A stretch of 64,000 nt of DNA from NCBI GenBank assembly GCA_963734535.1, contig CAVTHS010000005.1, positions 1-64,000 on the forward strand. Reading direction: 5' to 3'. The notes under the pieces are model-generated. The model was not told where the DNA came from. It searched no databases and saw only the letters and a program-made list of their open reading frames with translations. The DNA comes from an uncultured Chloroflexia bacterium. Its GTDB lineage: Bacteria > Chloroflexota > Limnocylindria > Limnocylindrales > CSP1-4. Shown here in pieces: positions 42,731-53,256 of this stretch. A program made the translations under genes and the position numbers. Position 1 is the stretch's first letter, and the number at the start of each line of letters is the position of its first letter.

Positions 42731-43234
42731 ATGTCGCAGCAGGCACAGCCGCGGGTGCGCACGGGCGAGGTGCGGAGCCCGGCGTTGGAGATCTCGGAGC
42801 TCGACAAGCGGATCATCGAGCACCTCCAGCAGGACGGTCGGCGCCCCTTCACGCAGATCGCGACGGCCCTCGGCGTCTCGGAAGCAACGGTGCGTGCGCG
42901 CACCAATCGCCTCGTCGAGCGCGACATCCTCCAGATCGTCGGGGTCACGGACCCGCTGAAGCTCGGCTTCCAGCAGCAGGCGATGATCGGCGTGCGCTGC
43001 GAGGCCTCCGAGCTCCTCGAGGCCGCCGACGTGATCAACGCGTTCCCCGAGGTCGACTACCTCGTCGTCACCGCGGGGTCCTACGACCTGCTCGTCGAGG
43101 TCGTCTGCGAGGACAACGAGGCGCTCCTCACGTTCCTGACCGAGAAGCTGCGCCGCGTGCCCGGCGTCCGCGAGACGGAGACGTTCGTCTACCTGCGGAT
43201 GCTCAAGCAGGTCTACTCCTGGGGGACGCGCTAG
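42731..43234 (+). CDS. Lrp/AsnC family transcriptional regulator
   Basis: LDKRIIEHLQQDGRRPFTQIATALGVSEATVRAR; TAGSYDLLVEV. Confidence 0.92.
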   Translation: MSQQAQPRVRTGEVRSPALEISELDKRIIEHLQQDGRRPFTQIATALGVSEATVRARTNRLVERDILQIVGVTDPLKLGFQQQAMIGVRCEASELLEAADVINAFPEVDYLVVTAGSYDLLVEVVCEDNEALLTFLTEKLRRVPGVRETETFVYLRMLKQVYSWGTR

Positions 43235-44292
43235 CCCGTCGCGGGCGCCCGGCCCAGGACCGGCAGCGGGCGGCCTCCCTCGGCCAGCCAGCATGCGGCC
43301 GCGTGGCCGTTGCCCATGTCGAAGAGGGGCGGCTCCGCGACGCGGCACTTCTCCAGGATCCCGGCGCGTTCCGCCCACGGGCAGCGCGGGTGGAATCGGC
43401 AGCCCGTCGGAATCGCGGCGGCGCTCGGCGTCTCGCCGGCCAGGATGTGGCGCTTTGCCCGCTTGCCCGATTCCGGCGGCTCCGGGCTGGGCATGACCGA
43501 GACGAGCGCCTGCGTGTACGGGTTGCCCGGCTGTCGGATGACCTGCTCGGCCGTCCCGATCTCCACGATGCGACCGAGGTACATGACCGCGATCCGGTCC
43601 GCGATGACCCAGGCCACGGAGAGGTCGTGGGTGATGAACAGGTAGGTCAGCCCGTGCTCGGTCCGGAGATCGAGCATCAGCTTGAGGATCTCGGTCCGGA
43701 TCGAGACGTCGAGCATGGAGACCGGCTCGTCGGCCACCACGAGCTCCGGTCCGAGCACGAGGGCCCCCGCGATCACGACCCGCTGGCGCTGCCCACCCGA
43801 CAGCTCGTGCGGGTAGCGGAACGCGAAGTCGGACGCCGGCCGCAGACCCGCCGACTCCAGCGCCTCGAGGACCCGCCGCTCGCGCTCGTCCGCCCGCGGC
43901 GCCATCCGCTGGACTTCCAGCGGTTCGGCCACGAAGTCGTGGATGGTCTGCTTGGGGTTCAGCGTCTCGTACGGGTCCTGGAAGATGAGCTGCACGCGGC
44001 GCCGGAAGTCGCGGAGCGCCGGGCCGCCCCAGACGTCGGTCACGTCCTGGCCGTCGAGGAGGACGCGCCCGGCGGTCGGGCGGGTCAGCTTGACGATCAC
44101 CCGCCCGGTCGTGGTCTTGCCCGAGCCCGATTCGCCGACAAGCCCCAGGACCTCGCCGCGCCGGATGGCGAGGTCGATGCCGTCGACCGCACGCACGGCG
44201 CCGAAGCGGCGTCGGAGCATCGCGTCGGCGAAGCCGCCCCGGATGGGGAAATGGACCTCGAGGCCCTCGAGGCGGAGGATGTCGTCCGTCAC
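43231..44292 (-). CDS. Peptide ABC transporter ATP-binding protein (OppF/DppF-like)
   Basis: [45 protein letters not shown]. Confidence 0.92.
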   Translation of the reverse strand: MTDDILRLEGLEVHFPIRGGFADAMLRRRFGAVRAVDGIDLAIRRGEVLGLVGESGSGKTTTGRVIVKLTRPTAGRVLLDGQDVTDVWGGPALRDFRRRVQLIFQDPYETLNPKQTIHDFVAEPLEVQRMAPRADERERRVLEALESAGLRPASDFAFRYPHELSGGQRQRVVIAGALVLGPELVVADEPVSMLDVSIRTEILKLMLDLRTEHGLTYLFITHDLSVAWVIADRIAVMYLGRIVEIGTAEQVIRQPGNPYTQALVSVMPSPEPPESGKRAKRHILAGETPSAAAIPTGCRFHPRCPWAERAGILEKCRVAEPPLFDMGNGHAAACWLAEGGRPLPVLGRAPATG

Positions 44293-45466
44293 CGTTCGAG
44301 CTCCGCGGGGGGCGCCGCCTCCGGGCCCGGCGCGTCCGCGCCAGCGACTTCCGGGAGCGGGATCGGCCGCCGCGCACCGTCGCCGCCGGGCGGGTACAGG
44401 TGGCAGGCAACGCGGACGCCATCCGCGTAGCGCACCTCGTCCGGGACGACCTCGCGGCACACGTCCATCACGAGCGGGCAGCGCGGGTGGAACCGACAGC
44501 CGGGCGGTGGGGTCCGGAGGTCCGGCGGCGCTCCAGGGATGGTCCCCAGGAGGCGGCGGTCCGAGTCGAGGTTCGGGATCGCGGCCAGGAGCATCTGCGT
44601 GTAGGGATGGCGTGGCTCGCGGAAGACCGTCCGGACGGGTCCCTCCTCGGCCACCCGGCCGGCATACATCACGAGGACCCGGTCGCACGTCTCGGCGATC
44701 ACCGAGAGATCGTGCGTGATGAGGATGAGGGAGAGCCCCAGCTGCTCGCGGAGCCGCTCCAGCAGCTCGAGGATCTGCGCCTGGACCATGACGTCGAGGG
44801 CCGTCGTCGGTTCGTCGCCGATCACGATGGCCGGATCGCAGGCAAGCGCCATCGCGATCATCGCCCGCTGCCGCATCCCCCCCGAGAGCTGGTGCGGGTA
44901 GGCCGCAGCCCGGTCGCGCGCGATGCCGACCAGCTCCAGGAGCTCCACCGCCCGACGGTTCGCCTCGGCCCGCGGGAGCCCGAGCCGTTCGACGATCGGC
45001 TCCGCGATCTGGTCGCCGACGCGGCGGACGGGGTTCAGGGCGTTCATCGCACCCTGGAAGATCACCGAGATCTCACGCCACCGGTAGCGCCGGAGCGCGT
45101 TCTCGCTCTTCGTCGCCAGGTCGATGCCGATAGAGCCGGACGGACCCGCCGACGACCTTCGCGTTCGCCGGGAGCAGCCTCAGCAAGCGAGAGCGCGGTG
45201 GTGGTCTTCCCGCACCCCGACTCCCCGGCGATTCCCAGCGCCTCCCCGTCGTGGAGCTCGAAGCTGACGCCGTCGACGGCCCTGACCGTGCCGGACGACA
45301 GCGTGAAGTAGGTCCGGAGGTTCTCGACCACGAGGAGCGGCGCGCCGGGGTCGGCCTGCTTCGGCAGGGGCCACTGGCGGCGACGGCGCCCCGCGACCGG
45401 GGAATCGGACGGCGCCAGCGGAGCGCCCGGGTCCTGCGGGCCGATGGTCATCGGATCTCCCGTCAC
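44289..45466 (-). CDS. Peptide ABC transporter ATP-binding protein (OppD/DppD-like), two +1 frameshifts near 45185 and 45130
   Basis: GESGCGKTT lies in one frame; [23 protein letters not shown] and DEPTTALD lie in another. Confidence 0.85.
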
Positions 45467-46411
45467 CGGGTCGCCGACTTCGGGTTCAGGACGTCGTCCA
45501 GCGCATTTCCGACGAGCGTGAAGGCCAGGATGACCACGACGACGCAGACGGCCGGCGGGACGATGTACCACCAGGCGCCCAGCCCGGGCGCGCCCGACTG
45601 CTGGGCGGCGTTGAGGAGCTGGCCCCAGGACGGCGCGAACGGATCGCCCAGGCCGATGAACGAGAGCGTCGTCTCGGTGAAGATGGCGCCGGCGAACGTC
45701 AGGACGGTGTTCGCCACGATCAGGTTGACGACGTTCGGAAGGATGTGGCGCCGCATGATGTGCGCCCGGCTTCCACCGATGACGCGCGCCCGGTCGACGA
45801 ACATCCGCTCCTTCACGGAAAGCGTCTGGGAGCGAATGATCCGGGCCGTCGAGGCCCAGCTCGTCAGGCCGATCACGACGATGATCACCAGGAGCGTTGC
45901 CCGGATCCCGAAGAGCTCGGCGTCCGTCCCCACGATGTCCAGGATGATCGGCGCCAGGACGATGGCGAGGACGAAGGTCGGGAGGACCAGGAAGAAGTCC
46001 GTCAGGCGCATGAGGACCTGGTCGGACCGCCCGCCGAGGAACCCCGACACGATCCCGATGACCGCCCCGAGCAGGATCGTGATGAGGGTCGCCATGAGCC
46101 CGATCACCATCGAGACGCGAGCCCCGTGGACGGTCAGGTTCAGGATGTCGCGCCCGATCTCGTCGGTGCCCAGGAGGTGCGCTGCCGGACGGCGGTTCGA
46201 GCGGCCCGCCGGTCGCGGTGGTGACCGTCTGGAGCGCCCCCACGAAGAGCTGCGGCGCGAGCGCGAGCAGCGCGAAGAAGACGAGGATCGCGGCCCCCAC
46301 GACGCCGTCCCTGCGCGACGCGTACCGCCGCGCGAACTGGCGCGCGTTGCGCAGGCGGAGGCGCCAGCGGGCTCCTCGAACGTCGACGGGCGCGACCGGG
46401 ACGGCGCTCAT
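45463..46411 (-). CDS. Peptide ABC transporter permease (OppC-like), +1 frameshift near 46187
   Basis: MSAVPVAP...GPLEPPS, then after the shift [11 protein letters not shown]...RHILPNV...[10 protein letters not shown]. Confidence 0.85.
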
Positions 46412-47383
46412 TGGCGCACCCGCGGGTCCAGGTAGCCGTAGACGATGTCGGCCACGAAGTTGGCGAGGACCACCGAGACGCCGAGGAGCAGGAAGATCCC
46501 CTGGAGCACCGGGTAGTCGCGCGAGTCGAGGGCATCCACGGTCAGCGTCCCGAGGCCCGGCCAGTTGAACACGATCTCCGCGGTGATCGCGCCGCCCACC
46601 ACGTAGCCCAGGTTGATGGCGATCAGGGTCACGGCAGGCAGCAGCGCGTTGGGGAACGCGTGCGAGCGCAGGATCCTGCCGTCGGTGAGGCCCTTTGCCC
46701 GGGCGGTCGCGATGTAGTCCTCGGCGCGCGTCTCGGTGATCGACGAGCGCATGAGGATCGAGTAGCCGCCGATCAGGCCCAGGCTGATCGTGGCGAGCGG
46801 GAGCGCGAGGTGTGACAGCGAGGTCGATCAGGAACTCCACCGGCCCCGCATATGACGCCCCGGCAGTCAGCATCCCCGAGGTCGGGAACCAGCCCAGCCC
46901 GGCCGCAAAGATGATGATGAGCGGCATGCCGATCACGAAATACGGCATCGAGTACAGGATCAGGCTGAGCCCGTTGCCGATCCGGTCGGCGAGCCCGCCT
47001 CTCCGCCAGCCGGTATAGGCACCCAGGGCAAGGCCGAGGATGATCGCGATCAGCTCTGCGAGCCCGATCAGCAGGATCGTCGGCCCGAACCGGTCGCCGA
47101 TCACCTCCGTGACCGGCTGGCCCTGGAACTTGATGGAGTAGCCCAGGTCGCCCTGCAGCGTGGAGCCGACGAACGCGACGAGCTGGTCGGGGACCAGCGG
47201 CTTGTCGAGGCCCCAGCGCGCCCTGGCGGCATCCCGCTGCTCGACGGTCACGTTCGGGTTGCGCGGGTTCACCCGGTCCGGCGAGCCGGGCATCATGCGG
47301 AAAAGGAGGAAGTTGAGCAGGACGATCATCAGGATCGTGAAGATCGCCTGCGCCGACTGCCGGGCAAGGTAGCGCGCGCTCAC
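46408..47383 (-). CDS. Peptide ABC transporter permease (OppB-like), +1 frameshift near 46820
   Basis: RMMPGSP...GLDKP...GDLGYS, then after the shift HLALP...[11 protein letters not shown]...FNWPGLG...RDYPVLQG...LDPRV. Confidence 0.85.
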
Positions 47384-47515
47384 CGGCGCGGCTCCGCGCC
47401 CGTAGCGTCAGCCGGGGGCACGCTCGGGCGCGCGCCCCCGGCATTGCCGCGGAGGGTCGCCGTGCGACCCTCCGCCGTGGCGGTCATGCGGTCGTGGCCG
47501 CAGTCGCCGCGATGG

Positions 47516-49448
47516 CTACTCTTCGTCGCCCGGTGTCGCCCGTCGGCGGCGCATGACGACCATGAGGATGCCCCCGGCGACCACGAGGACCGCGACCAGG
47601 ATCACGACGTAGAGGACGGTGTTGTCACCCGTCCCGCCGGCCGGAGCGGTGCGTCCCGCCGGTTGCCGATGGCGCGGCCGAGGTGACCGGGGTCGGTGAC
47701 GCCCCGGGCGCGGTCGTGATGACCGGCGTGGGCGACGGCACGGCCGTGGCGTCCGTGAGCAGGGTGTACTGGAGGGTGCCGTACGTGAACAGCGGCGTCC
47801 CGTTCGCCAGCGGCTGGTTCTGCCAGCCAGCGAAGTGGTCAGTGCGATACGCCGCCAGGTTCGCGTCGTAGTACAGGATGTCGTAGACCGCCTGGTCGTA
47901 GATGAGGTTCTGCATCTGGGCCAGGATCGTCTTGCGCGCGTCCGCAGTGGCCGCCGCGTTCTGCGAGTCGTACATCTTGTCGAACGCCGGGTTGCAGTAC
48001 TGGCTGTCCGACGACGAGCCGATCGCATCGCAGCGGAAGATCTGGAGCAGCGCGTTCGGGTCCGGGTTGCCCCCCCAGCCCCACAGCTCGATGTCGTAGT
48101 TGGCCTTGAAGTCCTTGCCCGCCTCGGGCGGGAGGACGATGTTGCCCAGCGTCGCCGAGTCGTACTGCTGGGCGGTCACCTTGATCCCGAGCTGGCTGTA
48201 CCAGTCCTTCACGAACTGGGCGGCCTTCGCATAGGTGTCCTTGGTGTTCGGGTAGTCCAGCCGGAGGCTGATGGGCTTGCCTTCCTTGTCCAGCCGTTGC
48301 CCCTGGCTGTCCAGCTTGTACCCGGCCGCGTCCAGCTTCTGCTTGGCGAGCTCGATGTCGAAGGTCCGCGGATGGTCGGGCTCGACGTGCCACGCCCCGA
48401 GGACCGGCGGCACGATCGTCGTGCCGACGTCGCCGTAGCCGCCCAGGACGCGATCGACCAGGGTCTTCTTGTCGACGGCGTAGCCCAGCGCGTCGCGGAA
48501 CGCGGGATCCCAGAGCGCCTTCGTGGATGGCCCGATCCCGGGCGTCAGGGTGCCCTTCGAGGCGCCGTACTCGTTGAAGGCAAGCTGGCTCCAGCCGTTC
48601 GAGCTGCCGACGACCGTCTTGACGTTCGGCTGGTTCTCGAGCGCTTTGAGCTGCTCGGGCGTCGCGTCGCGGACGTAGTCGACCTCGCCAGCTTTGAACG
48701 CCTGGACCATCGTGTCGGCGCCCTTGAAGAACTGGATCACGACCTCGTCGGCGGCGCCCTGCTTGCCCCAGTAGTCCGGGTTCCGGACGAAGCGGACGAA
48801 CTGGCTCGTCTTCCATTCCGCGGCCGTATACGGGCCGGATCCGACCAGCGGCGCCACGAACTTGGCGTCGCCGATCGTCTTGTACGTCTCCTTGCCCCAG
48901 ACATGCTTCGGGATGATCGGCAGGTAGACCTGGAGGACGCGGTCGGACGCATCCGCCGTGGTTGCGATCATCGTCTGGTCGTCCGGGCAGCTGACTGCGG
49001 TGACTCCCGCGTCCTTGAGGCTCGGGTCGAGGTAGCCGGCCCCGATGTTCGCCTCATCCTTGATCGCGGCGACGCCGAGGCCCCACGAGAAGCACGCGTC
49101 GGCGGAGGTCGCAGGCTGGCCGTCGGACCACTTCATGCCCGTCCGGATGTGGAAGGTCCAGGACTTGCCGTCGGCCGCGCGGGTCCACGAATCCGCGAAG
49201 CCGGGGACCGGCTCGAGGTTCGGCCCGAAGTCCACGAGCAGGTTGTAGGTGAGCTGGAAGGTCTCGTACCCGGTGACCAGGAGCGTCTGGTACGGGTTCA
49301 GCGCATCGAGATCCTGTGTTGTCCCCACGCGGAGGACGAGGGGATTGGCAGCCCGCGCAGGCAGCGCGGACGCCGGCACCAGGAGCGCGGCGGCGAGCGC
49401 CAGGGCAGACCCCAGGCGGATCGCTCGGTGAACGGCGGACGGTCGCAT
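47516..49448 (-). CDS. Family 5 peptide ABC substrate-binding protein with a C-terminal membrane anchor, +1 frameshift near 47652
   Basis: Signal peptide, DLDALNP, MKWSDGQP, VGSGPY, RNPDYWG; TM plus RRRR tail (VLYVVILVAVLVVAGGILMVVMRRRR) in the shifted frame. Confidence 0.85.
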
Positions 49449-49525
49449 GCTGGCTCCTTCCTTGGGAGCCGCCGCTTGACGCGGTGGCACCCCTCCCGGT
49501 TCCGGCCCTCCTCCGGCGATGGCCC

Positions 49526-49555
49526 ACTCTAGGCAGACCGCGGTGAGCCGGTCAA
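49526..49555 (-). promoter_or_regulatory. Candidate sigma70 promoter of the peptide ABC operon
   Basis: TTGACC-N18-TAGAGT; the spacer contains GCTCACCGCGGT. Confidence 0.55.
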
Positions 49556-49639
49556 CGGGACGGCCCGTTCTGCGGCCCGGCACAAGGCGCGGGGTAACCG
49601 TTGGGGCCGCCGTCGTGCTGCGGCCGCCCGGGGTCGTGC

Positions 49640-50581
49640 TCACCGGTCCAACGCCTCGAGGACCGGTGCCAGCGCATCGAGGGACGCGAGCGTGATCGGG
49701 TCGACCACGAGCTGGACGTGCGAGATGCCCTGGGCCGCGAAGGCACGCAGGACGCCGGCAATCTCGTCCGGGGTGCCCGCGACGGGCGGGATCGGCGGTC
49801 GGCCCGCCTCGCCCATGAGCCGCCCCGACCCGCCGGGAAGGCGGACCTGGACCGCGAGGGTCCGGGCGACGGTGGCCGGATCGCGGCCCGCGTCGCGGCA
49901 CGCCGCGTCGACTCGATCGCGGAGCGCCGGCACGCCGGCCGGGCGATTGCCGAAGGCATCGAACCAGGCGTTCCAGGCGTCGACGTGCGGGATCGTGATC
50001 GCGAGCATCCGCTCCCCGGTGGAGCCGACCAGGAGGGGCGGCCCGCCCGGACGCGGCCGCGGCGCAAGCTCGCAGTCGCGGGCCGTGAAGTAGGTGCCCG
50101 AGAAGTCGATCGCCCCGTCGCGGAGGAGCGTCCGCACGATCGTGAACGCCTCTTCGAACCGACTGATCCGGTGGTCGAACGGGAAGCCGAAGGCGCGGAA
50201 CTCCGTCTCGTTCCAGCCCGCCCCGATGCCCACCACCAGGCGGCCGCCGCTGATCTCGTCGACGGTCGCGGCCTTCTTGGCCAGCATCGCCGGGTTGTGG
50301 AACGCCGTGGCCGCGACGAGGGGTCCGATCAGGACGCGTGACGTCACCGCGGCGAGGCCGGCGAGGATCGTCCATGCCTCCCATGGCCCCCGCGCTCGGT
50401 CGTCGCCCGGCCGCCGGTAGAGGAGGTGGTCGCCGTACCAGACCGAGTCGAAGCCCAGCTCCTCGGCCCGCAGGGCAAGCGCGCGGAGGTCGGGCCAGCG
50501 CGCCTCCCACTCGATCTCGGGAAGCTGGATCCCGACCGCGAGCGGCCGGCGGCCGGACAGGGGACCCCGGAGGGCAGTCAT
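49640..50581 (-). CDS. LLM class flavin-dependent oxidoreductase
   Basis: AEELGFDSVWYGDHL, EAWTILAGLAAVT, HNPAMLAKKAATVDEISGGR, GIGAGWN. Confidence 0.9.
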   Translation of the reverse strand: MTALRGPLSGRRPLAVGIQLPEIEWEARWPDLRALALRAEELGFDSVWYGDHLLYRRPGDDRARGPWEAWTILAGLAAVTSRVLIGPLVAATAFHNPAMLAKKAATVDEISGGRLVVGIGAGWNETEFRAFGFPFDHRISRFEEAFTIVRTLLRDGAIDFSGTYFTARDCELAPRPRPGGPPLLVGSTGERMLAITIPHVDAWNAWFDAFGNRPAGVPALRDRVDAACRDAGRDPATVARTLAVQVRLPGGSGRLMGEAGRPPIPPVAGTPDEIAGVLRAFAAQGISHVQLVVDPITLASLDALAPVLEALDR

Positions 50582-51687
50582 GGCACGATCCCCGGTCCCC
50601 ACCAGACGGACGCGGCGATGATCAGGTAGAGCCCGATCAGGGCCAGCCCCTCGAGCCAGTTCGACTCGCCGTCGAAGACGATCACGGCGGCGAGGATGGC
50701 CGAGATCGCCACCGTGCCCGCCAGGAGCGGCGTCACGGCAAGGGTCAGCGGCGCGACGCCCATCAGCATCGAGATGATCACCAGCGCGGGCGTCAGGGCG
50801 ATCGCGACCTGGAGCGACGAGTTGAGGATCAGGCTGACGGCGAGCTCGGCCTGGTTGCGCGCGGCGGCCTGGATGCCGACGACGTTCTCCACGGCGTTGC
50901 CGGCGATCGCGACCACGACGAGCCCGGCAAACGCCTCCGACATTCCAAGGGTTGCCATCGCCGGTCGCAGCGCTCCCACGAACCACTCCGAGACGAAGGC
51001 CGCGGCCACGGCTGCCCCGGCGAGGACGACAAGGGCGAGCCACTGCGGCCAGAGATGGCCGAAGCCCTCCGCGTCGATCACGGCAGCCGCGGTGGTCGCG
51101 GGCGCGGGCCGCCGGTCGCCCCGGATCGAGAAGACGAGCGAGCCGGCGAAGACCACCAGGAGGACGATCGAGACGACGACCGACAGCTCCGCGGCGTGCC
51201 CCGCGTCGGGCGCGCCCGGCTCGGTCGCAAGCGTCGGGATCACGAGGGCCCCGACGGCGAGGAGAAGGAGCGTCGCGATCGAACGGCTCGCCCGCGCCCC
51301 GAACGTCTGCGTGCCGAACCTGAGTCCGCCCACGAGGAACGCCGCTCCGAGCACCAGCAGGCTGTTGGCGAGGATCGACCCGATGAGCGCGGACTGGACC
51401 ACGACCACGAGCCCGGCCTGGAGGCTGAAGAGCGCGATGAACAGCTCGGGCAGGTTGCCGAGGGCCGACTGCAGGATCCCCGTGACGGCGGGGCCCTGCC
51501 GCGCGCTCAGCTGCTCGGTGCCCTCCCCGACCAGCGAGGCGAGCATCGCGAGCGCGACGGCCGTCACCCCGAACGTCGCGACCGGTGCCGCGGCGGTCAC
51601 GACGAGCACGGCCGACGCAACCGTGGCGACGATCGCCAGGCCCAGGAGGACGCGGGTCTTCCGCTCGAAGTAGTCGAGGATCGTCAA
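50578..51687 (-). CDS. Ca2+/H+ antiporter (CAX/ChaA family)
   Basis: Repeated motifs GNLPE and GNAVE, GSILANSLLVLG, DGESNWLEG. Confidence 0.9.
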   Translation of the reverse strand: MTILDYFERKTRVLLGLAIVATVASAVLVVTAAAPVATFGVTAVALAMLASLVGEGTEQLSARQGPAVTGILQSALGNLPELFIALFSLQAGLVVVVQSALIGSILANSLLVLGAAFLVGGLRFGTQTFGARASRSIATLLLLAVGALVIPTLATEPGAPDAGHAAELSVVVSIVLLVVFAGSLVFSIRGDRRPAPATTAAAVIDAEGFGHLWPQWLALVVLAGAAVAAAFVSEWFVGALRPAMATLGMSEAFAGLVVVAIAGNAVENVVGIQAAARNQAELAVSLILNSSLQVAIALTPALVIISMLMGVAPLTLAVTPLLAGTVAISAILAAVIVFDGESNWLEGLALIGLYLIIAASVWWGPGIVP

Positions 51688-51867
51688 CCCGGTCGCGCTC
51701 CTCTGCGCTGCGGCACCGCGGGCACCGTCCGACGCGGGAAGCGTGCCACGTCGACGAGGCCCGCGTGCGGCCTTTTCGTGGCCGCCACCTGGTCCACCGG
51801 GCCCCCGCGGACGGCACCGCGCGACGCGACGCGGCGCGGGCCGGTCGACCCTGCGTCCCGGGCCCGG

Positions 51868-52812
51868 TCAGCCGGCCGCTTCGTCCGGGAGGAGCGGGGT
51901 CACGTAGAGCGTGAATTCGGCGCCGCCCGACGTGAACGGCGTGATCTGCGTGGCGGCCGCCAGGATCGGGCCGAGCATCGCTGCGTCCGCGGCGCTCACG
52001 ACCCCGACCCGCAGGCCGCTGATCCCGCGATCGGGAACCGCGGGCCTGCCGAACGAGGCCAGTGGGGTCGAGAGCGGCCAGGCGATGGGCCGCTGGCTTG
52101 TCGCGGGGTCCGAGGCGGCCGGGGCGCCCGGCGCCACGAACACGCGGTACCCCGTCGGGACATACGGGGTGCCGGCGGCGGCAGGTCCGCCCCAGGTGTC
52201 GGTGGAATCCGTCAGGCGCGTCAGCAGCGCAAGTGCCGCCTCGCGCTGCGGGTCGGGCGAGCCGCCCGGCCCGCCTCCGGGCTGACCCGGGCCGTGGCCG
52301 CCGGCGCCGAGGGCGGGAAAGCGCGTCGTGACGAGCGTGTCGTCCGCCTGCACCGCGAAGACCGTGTCTGCGGCGTCTGCCCCGATCCCGGGGTTGGTCC
52401 CACCTCCGGCGTCCAGCCGGGCAGCCGCGATGGCAGCGCGGATCGCGGCGACCCCCGACGCGCCGACCGTGCGCACGGATTCGACCGGGAGGAGCGGACC
52501 GGGGTAGATCGCGTTGACGGGCGCCGGCGTGAGGATCCGCCCGTCCGCGTAGACCACGACCACCGGAAGCTGGGCGAGGTGCGCCGCCGGGCCGATGAAC
52601 CCGCCCTCGGTGGTGATCCGCAGCACGAGCTCCGCGGCGACGGAGGGACTCACGCTGGGAGGCGCCGACGGCGAGGCGGCCGGGGTGTGGAGCGGTGGCG
52701 TCGGCGTGGGCGACGAGCCGGGAGAGGTTGCGGGCGCAGCGGAGCATGCTGCAAGCAGGCCGCCGATGATGATGAGGGCCGCCATCGCGATGGCCGGGCT
52801 TCGGGTGGACAC
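51868..52812 (-). CDS. Hypothetical lipoprotein
   Basis: GGAGG RBS, lipobox LAAC, Pro/Ser linker, LVLRI...EGGF...VYADGR...PLLPDE. Confidence 0.7.
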   Translation of the reverse strand: MSTRSPAIAMAALIIIGGLLAACSAAPATSPGSSPTPTPPLHTPAASPSAPPSVSPSVAAELVLRITTEGGFIGPAAHLAQLPVVVVYADGRILTPAPVNAIYPGPLLPVESVRTVGASGVAAIRAAIAAARLDAGGGTNPGIGADAADTVFAVQADDTLVTTRFPALGAGGHGPGQPGGGPGGSPDPQREAALALLTRLTDSTDTWGGPAAAGTPYVPTGYRVFVAPGAPAASDPATSQRPIAWPLSTPLASFGRPAVPDRGISGLRVGVVSAADAAMLGPILAAATQITPFTSGGAEFTLYVTPLLPDEAAG

Positions 52813-52869
52813 GGGACCTCCGTCGAGAGCTTTGTCCGGCGCGGGGATCGCGGCGCCGGTGGCTGCATC

Positions 52870-52895
52870 GACGCACGGTTGGGACGCCGGGTTCC
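52870..52895 (-). promoter_or_regulatory. Candidate ECF-sigma promoter of the lipoprotein gene
   Basis: GGAACC-N16-CGTC about 60 bp upstream of the start. Confidence 0.45.
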
Positions 52896-52975
52896 CACCG
52901 TTTCGCGGGCCGCGCAACGTGCCATCCCCACGGGTGCCGAGGCGCGCCCGCGCGACGCCACCACGTCTGGCGCGG

Positions 52976-53242
52976 CTACGCGCCTCCCGAGACGGCCGGG
53001 ATGACGTGAACGGTGGAGCCCGGCTGGACGGGGGTATCGAGGCCGGCCAGGTCGCCGTCGACGAACACGTTGATGTGCTCGCGGATGGACGGGCCGGCGC
53101 GGATGAGGCGGTCGGCGATGCCGGGCGCGGCACGATCGAGTTCCGCGATGACCTCGCGCACCGACGTCGCCTCGACCGCGACGGGCCGGGGCACGCCCGG
53201 GAACAGCGCGAGGAGGGCGCGGCTCAGCAGGACGTCCGCCAT
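52976..53242 (-). CDS. MoaD/ThiS family ubiquitin-like protein
   Basis: HINVFVDG...VHVIPAVSGGA*. Confidence 0.88.
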   Translation of the reverse strand: MADVLLSRALLALFPGVPRPVAVEATSVREVIAELDRAAPGIADRLIRAGPSIREHINVFVDGDLAGLDTPVQPGSTVHVIPAVSGGA

Positions 53243-53256
53243 CGCGCGTGACCCGC

